A DNA stretch of 64,000 nucleotides from Asterias rubens. Its lineage: Eukaryota. The position numbers were made by a program, and so were the translations under genes. The DNA lies in NCBI RefSeq assembly GCF_902459465.1, contig NC_047063.1, positions 3,224,001 to 3,288,000 on the forward strand, written 5' to 3'. This document shows, piece by piece, positions 32,214 to 44,500 of this stretch (positions are counted from its first letter, which is position 1; the number at the start of each line of letters is the position of its first letter). The notes under the pieces were generated by a model. The model ran no database searches and had not been told where the DNA came from. It saw only the letters and a program-made list of their open reading frames with translations.

Positions 32214-35200
32214 ATGGCAACGGCCCAACCTGGAGCTGAGTCTGGCTACAGATGGGAGACCATCACAAACCTCCTCAATAAACGTGTCTTCCTGTCCGCC
32301 ATAGCAGTCGACGGTCAACTCTACATCGTTGGAGGGTCAGATTCACAAGGCAAAGGAACGGACGACTTCCACTGTTTCAACCCAAAGAACAAGAAATGGT
32401 CTCGTCTGTGTAACATCCCCACGGGGAGGGCGGGGACCAGCCTGGTTGCCGTGGGGACAACGATATTTGCAATCGGCGGCGTTGGGGTGGATGCTTTCCC
32501 CACAGATGCTGTGGAATCATTTGATGTGAGCAATAAGAAAGGACAGTGGAATAAAGACATTAAACCTCTAGCTGATCGGATACAGGGTCTCTCTGCAGTC
32601 GTGCACAGTAAGCACATTTTTAAATAGTGTTTTTTCTGTTTTGTTGTTGTTTTTTTTTCAACTGGGAATATCGCTGGCCTGATACTTCGACGAAGGCGAT
32701 TGCCTCCATGCTCCCTGGTCATTGCCTTTTTTTCAAAGTCCACCAAGGGCAAGCGGCTCAACAAAATTATCCATGTTTAATTATGGGGCCCTTATTGCTG
32801 AACTGTGCCAGGTTTCCAAACTGTTTGTGTCATTGGGCAATGCCATGCAATCGTTGAATGGCCTTTTGACTGTGTTCTTTCTCAGTGCATTTGATAACTC
32901 CTTTGTGTGTCTCAGATTAATGCACCAGGATAATATATTGAAATCTGTGCTGGGCGGCACAGTGTATTTTTGCTCAAAGTGCTGGGCGTGCCCAGCCCCC
33001 ACCAAACACCGCCCACCGTGGCTATAACACTGTCCCCAATCTCAACATTTCAAACAAGATCGTATTCAATAGTTGTTAGATGTACAGTAAACCTCAGTTG
33101 TTACTTCCCGACACCATGTAAAGCTTCAATAATACTTAAAAATGAGATTTGCAAATGCCTTGTTATTATTTTGTTTCCCCTAGATGGCAAGATCTTGGTA
33201 GCGGGAGGTATGAAGCCAGACTCCACACCTTGTGAGAGGTGTGCTGTTCTTGACGCAGAGAAAAACATCTGGCTGAGCTTACCTGATCTACCCACACCAA
33301 GATATGCAGCAGGAACGTTCCTTAAGGGCGACAAGTTGTACCTAGTAGGTGTGTGGTATATCTTTAAGTCTTTTTGAACCAACGAATATAATTCTGATTT
33401 AAGACAGTGGACACTACTGGTAGTTGTCAATGACCAGTCTTCACACTTGGTGTCTCTCAACAAATGCATAAAATAACTGTGAAAAATTAAGCCCAATTGG
33501 TCATCAAAGTTGCGAGATAATAATGAAAGAAAAAACACCCTTGTCACACGAAGTTGGGTGCGTTTAGATGGTTGATTTCGAGACCTCAAATTCTAAATCT
33601 GAGATCTTGAAATCAAATTCGTGGAAAATCACTTCTTTCTTGAAAACTTAAGCACTTCAGAGGGAGCCATTTTTCACAATGTTTTATACCATCAACCTCT
33701 CCCCATTACTCGTTACCAAGTAAGGTTTTATTCTAATAATTATTTTGAGTAATTACCAATAGTGTCCACTGCCTTTAACTTGTTATTTACAGGAGGGAGA
33801 ATCGCCAAAATAGTCTGTCCAGCAGTGGAGGTATTGGACATCGTTGAGAGGAAGTGGACGTCACTTCAACCCATCCCAACCAAGCGGGTCTTTCCATGTG
33901 CAGTGGCTACTAATAGACATATCTACTGCATTGGTGGACTGAAAGAGAACCCCAAGGATGGGTTCTTCAAAGTCGTGGAGGAGTATGACATTGAGAAAGG
34001 TCAGTAGGTCAGAAATATGCCCTTATGTCTTAGAGATGGCAATTAGAAAACCTGACTCAACAACTTAATTCTTTTAAAGGCACTGGACACTATTGGTAAT
34101 TACTCAAAATATTTGTTAGTATAAAAACTTTTTGGGTAATGAGCAATAGAGAGCTGTTGATAGTTGTGAGAAACGCCTCCCTCTGAAGTAATGTAGTTTT
34201 TGAGAAAGAAGTAATTTTTCACGAATTTGATTTCGAGACCTTGGAATTAGATTTTGAGGTCCTGAAATCAAACATCTGAAAGCACACAACTTTGTGTGAC
34301 AAGGGTGTTTTTTCTTCCATTATTATCTTGCAAATTCGACGACCAACTGAGTTCAAATTTTCACAGGTTTGTTATTTTGTGCATATGTTGAGATACACCA
34401 AGTGAGAAGACTGGTCTTTGACAATTACCAAAGGTGTCCAGTGTCTTTAAAGGCACTGGACGCTATTGGAAATTGCTCAAAATAATGGTTAGCAAAAAAA
34501 CTTACTTGCCATTTTAAGGCATCTGAAAGCACATAAACTTGTGCAACAAGGGTGCTTTTCTTTCAAAATTTTCTTGCAACTTTGATAAACCTATTGAGTC
34601 CAAATGTTCACAGACTCGTTACCTTATGCATGTTGGGATACACCAGAATACTGGCCCAATTTTATAGAGATGCTTTAAAAGCACAAAATTCTGCTTTAAG
34701 CAAAAAAGTCCATGCTTAGTAAAATCAGAATACTGGCCAAGACTCCACTCAATTGTTATGCTAAGTAAACAACAGCTAAATACCATTCACAAGCAATGTA
34801 TATGGCATGCAATTTTGGCCAGTAACATGTGTGAAATAAGCAAGCTATTTTCGTGCTTATCCATTTTTTTCTTGCTTAAGCAGCTCAATGAAATTGAGCT
34901 TTTGGTCTTTGAAACTTACCAAAAGTTTCCAGTGCCTATAACCGACTACCAGTAAATATTAATATGCAACATACAATATTTTGGCTGGTAGCCTAATTTT
35001 GCTAAGCAAAATTTTCTGCGCTAATCAGCTTGCTCTATAAAACCCTCCTCTTCCTGATAAAATTATCTGACCTCTTATATACCCCTTTACTCCATGTGAA
35101 GAACCTGAAGTAATTACAGTTAAGTGCCTTGTTCAAAGGCACAAGTGGATTCAAACCCACACTCTGATAATTTTGCCACTAAAAAGTGAGTCTGGTACAG

Positions 35201-37324
35201 TAACACATGTATAACTTTTGAATGTCTCTGAATATTTCTTCACACTGATTTACTCGCCCACTCTGTGGAACAAACTTTCTGTTTACTTGAGGGCCATTGA
35301 GGTATTATTTCATTGAATATGTTATAAGGTAGTACTTATGATCTTATGTTCATTTCATTTTCTGAATAAATATTTAGATTAAAAAAAGCTGTTAAAACTT
35401 GTATGGTGTTTATGCAATTTTATATGAATAATGTGCATTTTAGTTTTTTTTCTCCTTCATTGTGTGCTTTTACTTAATGGTATATAATTAACTTGCTATT
35501 GATTTAAAGGGAAGGTACACATTTGGTAATTACTCAAAACAAATATTAACTTAAAAACTGACTTGGGTAACGAGCATTGGGGAGCTGTTGGTAGTATAAA
35601 ACATTGTGGGAAACGACTCCCTCTGAAGTAACGTAGTTTTTGAGAGAGGTAATTTCACACTAAAATAATAAAAGACTTCTAGCTAGAAGTCTTTTATTCC
35701 TATCTGAAAGCACACAAATTTGTCCAACAAGGGTGTTTTTTTCTGTCATCATTTTCTCGCAACTCCGATGACCAATTTAGCTCAAATTTTCACAGGTTTG
35801 TTATTTTATGCTTATGATGGGATACACCAAGCGAGGACACTGGTCTTTGACAATTACCAAACGTGTACCTTCCCTTTAATGGTTTACTGTATATTTCGTT
35901 GTGATTCCCTGCACAGCTTTTAAAGAGTTTAACTCTTTATGACAAAGTATGAAGATTAAATTATTAGTATTATTAATGCATTCATATTTTTTAGATGAAT
36001 GGACTGAAATTGAGTCAATGCAGTATGAGCGAGGTGACTTCAATGCAGCTGTTATTGGTGGCAAGCTGGTCGTACTAGGCGGCATGGGTGAGTGATTGTG
36101 CCCCCCCACCCTCAATTTTTCCCCACAACTTAAATAATGGTTCATGAAATAACGATAAATACTTTCTGGATTAAAGGCACTGGATACTATTGGTAATTAC
36201 TCAAAATAATAATAATAAACAAAACTTATTTGGTAACGAGCAGTCGGAGCTGTTAATAATATTTAAAAATGTGAAAAACAGCTCCCTAACAAAGTTTTTT
36301 AGAAAGTGGTAATTTCTCACTTAAATATTAAAAGACTGAAGCCCTTTTTAGGCATCTGAAAGCACACAAATTTGTGCTGCAATGGTGTTTTTCTTTGATT
36401 ATTCTCCTGCAACTTCGATGAACAATTGAGTCAAAATTTTCACAGATTTGTTATTTTACGCATATGTTGGGATACACCAAGTGAGAATACTGGTTTTTGA
36501 CAATAACCAAAGGTGTCCAGGGGGTCGACTTGTCCTAACTCAGTACTATTAAAAACTTCAGGCAAGTGCTATTACAATGTAGTTAAGATAAGTAAGAGAT
36601 ACGACTAGTCTTAAAGGCAGTGGACACTATTGGTAATTACTTAAAATAATTATTAGCATAAAACCTCTCTTGGTAACGAGTAATGGGGAGAGGTTGATGG
36701 TATAAAACATTGTGAGAAACGGCTCCCTCTGAAGTGCCATAGTTTTTGAGAAAGAAGTAATTTTCCACGAATTTGATTTCGAGACCTCAGATTTAGAACT
36801 TGAAGTCTCGAAATCAACCATCTAAACGCAGACAACTTCGTGTGACAAGGGTGTTTTTTCTTTCATTGCTATCTCGCAACTTCGATGACCGATTGAGCTC
36901 AAGTTTTCACAGGTTAGTTATTTTATGCATATGTTGAGATACACCGACTGTGAAGACTCATCTTTGACAATTACCAATAGTGTCCACTGCCTTTAACTCT
37001 TTGTGAAATCCACCCCAATGCTTTTAAGCTCTGAAGCCATGACGCAGTCTCACAATCCTTTACTTTCATCTCCATTCAGGACACTCAAAGGAACCTCATC
37101 GGATCGGAGAGGTTTTAGACCCAGAGACCAAGACCTGGACCTCTCTTCCCCCAAGCCCAACCTCAAGAAGCTCCTCAACAAGCGCCGTTCTGGACGGGAA
37201 GCTCTACATCATGGGTGGTATGACCCCGAACGGTCTGACGTTAGCCGCAGACGTCCTTAGTGTGAAAGACCAAGGTGCAAGTAAAACGCCGAACACTAAG
37301 AGAAACGCTGGCAAGAAGCGCTGA
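32214..37324 (+). CDS. KLHDC8: Kelch-only beta-propeller protein, KLHDC8A/B-like (367 aa)
   Basis: Exons 32214-32607, 33184-33348, 33793-33999, 35995-36087, 37080-37324 (TGA), phase-consistent. About seven GG...W kelch repeats and no BTB domain; PTPRYAAGTFLKGDKLYLVGGR resembles vertebrate KLHDC8. Confidence 0.88.
33399..33778. mobile_element. MITE family A
   Basis: Both TIRs present; ends 14 nt before the KLHDC8 exon 3 acceptor. Confidence 0.85.
34074..34940. mobile_element. Two tandem MITE family A copies sharing one TTAA (34447-34450); the second carries a Harbinger-like insert (about 34651-34899)
   Basis: ...GTGTCCAGTGTCT|TTAA|AGGCACTGGAC...; the insert is homologous to 44008-44251. Confidence 0.75.
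35504..35879. mobile_element. MITE family A variant (AGGGAAGGTACAC TIR)
   Basis: TTAAAGGGAAGGTACAC...GTGTACCTTCCCTTTAA. Confidence 0.85.
36171..36520. mobile_element. MITE family A, right TIR interrupted
   Basis: TTAAAGGCACTGG start; ends GGTGTCCAG, then a GGGTCGAC Harbinger-like fragment. Confidence 0.8.
36611..36996. mobile_element. MITE family A, intact TIRs
   Basis: TTAAAGGCAGTGGACACTATTGGTAATT / AATTACCAATAGTGTCCACTGCCTTTAA perfect. Confidence 0.9.
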
Positions 37325-38902
37325 TGACAGAGTCGGTCTGAACAAATAATGCAATCAATTGGATTATGATATAAATAAGTAGTGCGCATTTTGAGATTTT
37401 ATGCGGTGATGTTTTTTAACAACATCGATGTGGTGGACTGGGACGTCAAGTATTCTGTCATGTGTTTCACTACAGTAGGCTGTGTAAGTCTCATGCATAC
37501 TTTGACATAGAAGTGTGCATAAGTTCAAAACATGTGCTGGTGGAAGCTGAGGTTGAAGTGATTGAAGGTATAACTGAAACAGTTAGGGAGACAGTAACAA
37601 GCTTTCTGATAATTATTTTGGTGCCTTGTTCTACCAACTGGGCTGTCTAGCCCTAATGTTGGTGGTCTTCCTGTTCTGTCAATATCTTTGATGGGGGTGC
37701 CAGTTTGTTTGTTTGTTTGTTTGTTTGAATGATCATCCCATCCGCAAGGGAACTCGGCAAACTCCCCCTATAAACACCAAGCTGGCAACAGCCAATCTCT
37801 ATCATACAAACATTGGTTTGAAACGTCTATGATTAAGAATTACAAAAATCAAGAAGTTATGATTCATTAACTAGACGACCATATTTATTCTAGTCAGTCA
37901 GAAGCCATACAACCATTATCTGCCAAAATTACCGTGCGGAGTATACAGACCCATTTATTGTTGACAATATTGATGTCTTGTTTCAATTTTCGCACTGAAA
38001 GTGTGTCAAATACAACAGCAATTGACACCATTTAAACACAAAGTTAAAACTCACAGTCACCCAAACTAAATCTAGTAGAGTATGAGTGCACCAAACATTT
38101 AAATTTGACCTTAATCATGATACAGTGGGCCACTGCTAGAGTGGCCACAAAAAGTTGAAAAGAAAAAGAGAGGAGAAAAAAAAAAAACAAGGTACAAAGT
38201 ACCATCAGATTTTTGTGTACATGTACATTGCAAATCAGGGATTATTTTTTTGTAAAGGCAATTTTCTTTTTTCCTGATGCAACCTTTGTGTGCGGGCGGG
38301 CACAAGGAAATTTTTTCAAAGATTATTTGAAGATAGGCGTCTGTGTACTATGATGATATGTACTGTGATTCATATGTTTACAAGCCCAGCTACATTTGTA
38401 TTTATTTACCCGATCCCAATATGGAATATGACGGTTCAGAACATAACACTATAATTTGTAGTACGTTTGCAGCAATTGCGCTGCTGAAAAAAGGAACACT
38501 TTGGTGGCTTAGGAGTAAAGTGTCTTGCCAGTGTCCTACGATCCCCCAAGAAGCGTGTTGTGGACGGGCAGTCTTGTGCACACCGAATTCACATACCTCG
38601 AACTAACCCACAGCAATTGCCGTGGTGCCCTGTGCGTTTGCTGTTGTGCCTTTTGCAATGTTTTAACTTTTTTTTTCATATTGAAGTCAGTTGTTAATCT
38701 CGGCCCGGCACATGTAGGCTATCTTGAGCAAGACTTGATTATAATTGCCCCTTATGTCCTGAATTATGGAAACTGCCGAGTAAACATGTAACAAATTAGA
38801 AGTATCGTAGAAGAAAAATTTACATACAAATTTATGTGTGTGGTTTGTTTCCTCTTATTGGGGATTGCCTTGAATGAGCACCGGACAAATGCTTCCTGTG
38901 AC

Positions 38903-39196
38903 ATAATAATAATAATATCAAAGTCTTACATAGAGCAGGTATCTACCAATAAGGTACTCAAGGCGCTGAGTGTATACAAACTTTCAGAAAGATAGGTTGT
39001 TGAAGTGATGAATAATCAGCATCTTTGGTGCTACGGCGCATTTAGCAGCCACAGCCAGGAACACCGGGGCGAACCCCTTCTCTTTTCGATAAGTGCACTG
39101 GGTTCTTTTACATGCGTTACACAACACATGGGACCAAAGGTTTTACGTCACATCCGAAGGACGATGTAGTGGTCAAGTGTCTTGCTTAGGTGTCAC
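38903..39196 (-). mobile_element. SINE subfamily 2, head missing
   Basis: Body and tail match 3680-4001 in reverse. Confidence 0.8.
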
Positions 39197-41561
39197 TGCT
39201 GACATAGTCTTCAGATTGTCACAGATATTGTATTTGGTTGAAAATGCAAATAAACTCGTACTTATTTCACTTTACACTTCTTCGTTTTTTCTCTCCAGAG
39301 TTGATTTTGTTCATCCATGGGCAAATATAGCGCTGTTAAAGTGTGAACATATTTCAGAGGTAAAGGTGGCCGTTAGTTGGTTCACCATGGATTTGCATTG
39401 TCACTTCATTCATTTTCATTCTGTATGGTACTTGGTATCCCAACATCCATGAAGTAAGCAGCATGTGAAAATGAACTGGGCTTGAAGTTGCAAGAAAATG
39501 ATGGAAGAAAAACACCCCCTTTCGTACTAGGGGAAAGGCTTTGAAATATATTATTTTTGGGGCCGGGTAATTATTGTTTATATAAATCTATTACAAGATG
39601 TGGCTCTTGGTTTCCACTTTGGAGGAGCCTTGATAAATTTATAGCTTTAAGTTGCTCCTTATTTTGCTTTGGAATTATGCAGAAATTAAAACCGGCAGCA
39701 AGAAGTCGAAAAAGTTCATTTTTTTCTGAGGTCGCTTGCAAAAATTCCAAACGGCTGACCTGACGAAAATTGATAGAATTCGGAAGTTTAGTTGTCTGAA
39801 AATAAGTCTGGTTGTTTTTCAAGAGGCTCACAGGTTTACACGATTTGTTGAGTATTTTTGAATTATCGTAAATCGGGAGTTTATTTCCTGTTTATTTATG
39901 TAGTGCCCACGTGGCGGCACCGTTAAACCGTTATGGCGCCCTCAATAGTCCATGTTGTGATTAGCCGGTGTTGGGAGATTGCACGGTATTGCACGTGTTT
40001 TAACTTTTATGACAGTGTGACAAATCATGACTGAACCCATCTGTTACAAAAACACTTAAAAGTACCCGAGTATTCAACTAGATGTACATACAATTAGGAT
40101 TGTTAATGGTACAACCACCACTTCGGGTGAGTATTAATTGGAAAGCCTGAGTAAAATCGTAACTACATTGCAGCTAGGTTTTTACTTTTTTAGCATGTTG
40201 AGCCGTTACGTTTTCAACCAGCACACGGGAGGTCTAGTATTTTTAGTAATAATAGTATGTCCTATTCTCTGATTCTACCTCATCCATATTTTATTTTTAA
40301 CATGTTTATTAACAAAACAACACAACACATAGTATAGTATAATATTAATATTATGATAACGTTTTTTTACGAATTGTTTCAGTCGATCATCGATTCGATT
40401 GCAATGTGATTGTCGTTTTCATTTTTAATTTACATAAATAAACATACAAAAATACAAAATTACAAGACCTTGTCTTGTTATAAATGTTATGTATTGTTCT
40501 ATATAGACACAACAGAACTGAGTGAATGCCCAACAATGCATTGTCAAACCGCTGTTGGCCAAATCTGTTGGTAATGTTTGTTGCAATTAAGATTCGAGTC
40601 GCCATGCAAATGGCTTAGATTTTAAAATAGTAATGTTATTGATAAGACTTATCAAAAGTGTATGCGTATCTCACTAAGTTTTCTTGGCCTGTTGAATGTT
40701 GTTGGTGGAGTAAACTGGTAGTGTTGAAATGAATGTGATTTTTTGTTGGTGGTTATGTTCGATGAAATTCGTTGCTTGCACAGCAAGTGAAGAATTATGA
40801 TTGCAAGTGCAGGATTCTGTGGTAAGCAGAGCCGTGACATGAAATTGAGCGCCAGTGTTTCGTTCGAGACCCAATCTTGACACTTGTGATATTTAAAAAA
40901 CAATTTTTTTTTTCTTTCTTCACAAGACTCTGGAAAGTACTGAGTATACAGTGCGTACATCGGTGTATGGGTAAAAACCAAAATTATTATTCTTTATCCC
41001 CGATGCAAATTTAACATCTATAATATCTTTGTACCCGCTGCCAAAACATAGGATTCGAACTGCCTGCTGCTGGGCAGTCTCGGGGAAGTCTAGTTGGTAA
41101 GACACTGATCTAGGATTGCAAGGGTCGTTTGTTCGAGTCCCACCCGAGATATGCGTATGATATTTCTTTCACAGGACTCAGGAAAGTACTGAGTTTACAG
41201 TGCTAACACACATCGTTGTATGGGTCAAAACCAAAAGTAATAAAATACATGTTGTAGTTTGTAGTAAGTATGTTGATGGTGCCTGTATATAGCCAGTTTG
41301 CCTTGTGTCCAGTGCAGCCTGGCTCCTTTGCCTTCTAGTCCACTACATCTCCTCAGTGTGTGAATAAATCCAACATTTAAGCAGTCGCAAAAATCAAGTT
41401 GCTTTTCATTTGTTGTCTGTAATAACATTGTCCGCAAATAATCTTTTTTGGATTTGGACTATTTTCCAACACGACAAATGGTGGGTAGCCTTTCAATTTG
41501 TGTTTCCTTGTGTGTATAGAACTAACTTTTTGCTGAAGGCCAGGACGCTCACCGTTCCACC

Positions 41562-44500
41562 ATGCCGTCATCTGATTCTCTGCCACTGCCACTGCCACTG
41601 CCACTGACCGAGACCCCTTTACCAAGGGAGTCGGGGAAACTGATCGCATCTAAGAGCCAAGATGTTACGATTCATCAGGATGGAGTGACTACAGTTGCTA
41701 ACATGGTGAGTAAGACATCCAATCAGGGGTTGTCTTAAAAACACTGGACATTATTGGTAATTGTTAAAGACCAGTGTTCTCACTTGGTGTATCTCAACAT
41801 ATGCATAAAATAACAAACCTGTGAAAATTTGAACTCAATTGGTCATCGAAGTTGCGAGATAATAATGAAAGAAAAAACACCCTGCCACACCAGGCTGTGT
41901 GCTTTCAGATGATTGATTTTGAGACCTCAAAATCTAATTCTGAGTTCTCAAAATCATATTCGTGGAAAACTACGTCTTTCTCGGAAACTACGTCACTTCA
42001 GAGGGAGCCGTGTCTCACAATGTTTTATACTTTCAACCTCTCCCTATTATTCGTTACCAATTGAGGTTTTATGCTGATAATTATTGTGAGTAATTACCAA
42101 TAGTGTATTCGGCTTGGGCTCCGACTCTGGCTCCGACTCTGGCTCCGACTCTGGCTCCGGGCTCCATCTGCTGATGTTCCAACCACTGCGTGCAAAATAC
42201 ACGCTGCTCCAAAAACGTAATGGGTCTGAAAGCCAAGCTGCATTTCCAGCGTCTCTCCATCTTCGCTTCTGTTTTTCTCCTCTCCTTTTTTTTAATTTCT
42301 TGGTTGCCATTGAGATAGTCTCGTGGTCCACTTGTTGCTTTTTTAGAGTACCCTAAATAAAAACTAGTAAATTTTATTTCATTATATTGACTATCCTAAC
42401 ATGCTTTTTTTGTCTCTCTCTTTTTTAACAGGTTTTAGAGAGTTTGAAGAAGAATGAGTACAGTATTAAGATGTGGAAACAACATGACCTGCATCCAAAG
42501 CAGATGACCAAAGAGACTGTCGATTGGTAAGTGGAATTCAAATGTCAATAGCTTGAAATAGATTGCAGACAGACAAAAAGGGCAACTACTAAGCTTTATT
42601 TCTATAAGATACTCTCCTGCCCAAGTGTCCCATGCCACAAAGTTTCACTTGAGATTGCTATGAAGACCAAGTCCAAAGTTCACAACAAGGTTCGAAATAA
42701 GCGGTCGCTCGGTCACCAAATGGAAGTGAAAATAGCGCCGGGCGAGTCAAAATCCTTCTTTTACTAGCCCGCTTGGCCAGTCTTATAACTGTTTCCTTAA
42801 TTTTCACAATAAATTAGGGTAAAGTTCTGGTTGACCGGCGATTGGAAAAAAAGTTGTAGAGTGTCATGGCCGAGTGTTTAAGAGCATCGCATTCAAGTTC
42901 TGGTGCTAAGTCACCAGAGTGTGGGTTCGAATCCCGGTCGTGACACTTGTGTCCTTGAGCAAGATACTTTACTATAATTGCTTCTCTTCACCCAGGGGTA
43001 TAAATGGGTACCTGCGAGGGTAGAGGTTGATATAGTGAATGAAAAATCTGTCGGAGCGCTACGGCAGCTCGGGGCTATATACTCCCTATTGAGAGCTGAG
43101 AAAGATTAAAGGAATGTTATTGGCCCAATGACCAGGGTACTAATGTAAAGCGCATTGATACGGTTATTGTAAAATGCGCTATATAAGAATTTGTTATTAT
43201 TTTTCCCCTTCACAAGTTATGGGGTTTCCATACTATACCAACGGAAGAAACACACAAACCAATGCTAGCCCAAAAGGTAAGGGCCGGTTAATTTGTGGTA
43301 GTCTGACCGAGGTTCCAGTATCAGCGATACAAATGTCCCAGTAAAAACCAATGTAACCAATGCTTGCCTATAAGGTATGGTACACTGTAGAAGTCTTTGG
43401 TACCTGGGGTCGATTTCACAAAACTCTTCCTAACTTAGGACTAGTCCTAGGCAATGCTAAGAGATAGGACTAGTCCTAAGTTAGGATGAGTTACTTAAGA
43501 CCAGTCCTATCTCTTAGCATTGCCTAGGACTAGTCCTAAGTTAGGAAGTGTTTGTGAAATTGCCAGCTTGGAAGGTATTGTATTTTGCAGCAGACTGTTG
43601 TCCCCGTGTCAGCTGTCCTCACAAAAGAAACCCAATGCTAGCCTGGAAGGTATGGTCACATTGTTGCAGTCTGTCGTGTAACTACTGTTTAAAACAAAAT
43701 TCAATTGAATTTTTCTCAGAAATGTTTTTGAAAGGGAAAATAAATTGAGGAGTTTTTATTTTGTTGTCGAAGCAACCGTCAAACCTAAGACTCTGCTTAC
43801 TCAAAAGCATGTTGAACTTAATTGATAGATTTGTATTTTATTATTTTGTCGTTCAGGATCTTTGTAGTAGACACATTGAATTTTTCCTTCTGGAGTGAGA
43901 CAAATGATAAGAGATTCTTAGTGGATTACCAGGGGGAAAAGCACAGCGGCTACTGGGCCTTGTGCGCTGCTATCAATAGAGCCCTTGATGTAAGTATTTG
44001 TTTAATACTGGGCCCAATTTCATAGAGCTGCTTAAGCACAAAACTTTGCTTAAGCAAAAAATTCATTGCTTAGTAAAATCAGATTACCGGCCAAGATACC
44101 ACTCAATTGTTATGCTTAGTAAACACCAGCTAAGTACTAATCATAAGCAATGTATATGGCATGAAATTTTGGCCAGTAACTTAAAATAAGCGAGCTATTT
44201 TCGTGCTTAAGCAAATTTTTTGCTTAAGCAGCTCTATGAAATTGGCCCCAGGTCTCAATGATCTAACATTTTCTTTAGGACTCTTATGTCCAACAGCCAC
44301 AATCGTGGGCACATGTTTTCATTAGGCCTGTGGCCGATCCACTCTGCGCACCCTCCCAAATATGGTAACGCGCAAAAGAGTCGGAGAGCAACTTTTCCCT
44401 TCTCATTCATCTTTCATCTTGTGATATTATGAACTGTATTCAGTTTAGGGTGACCATACAAAAATATGATTTACTTGAAATGGAATCGCGCCAAAATACG

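Noticed and set aside
39571-39831. 86-aa ORF and other short ORFs between KLHDC8 and QNG1 as an extra gene
   Set aside because: No recognisable motifs or consistent exon chain; the region is mostly repeat fragments. A diverged TE or lncRNA cannot be excluded.
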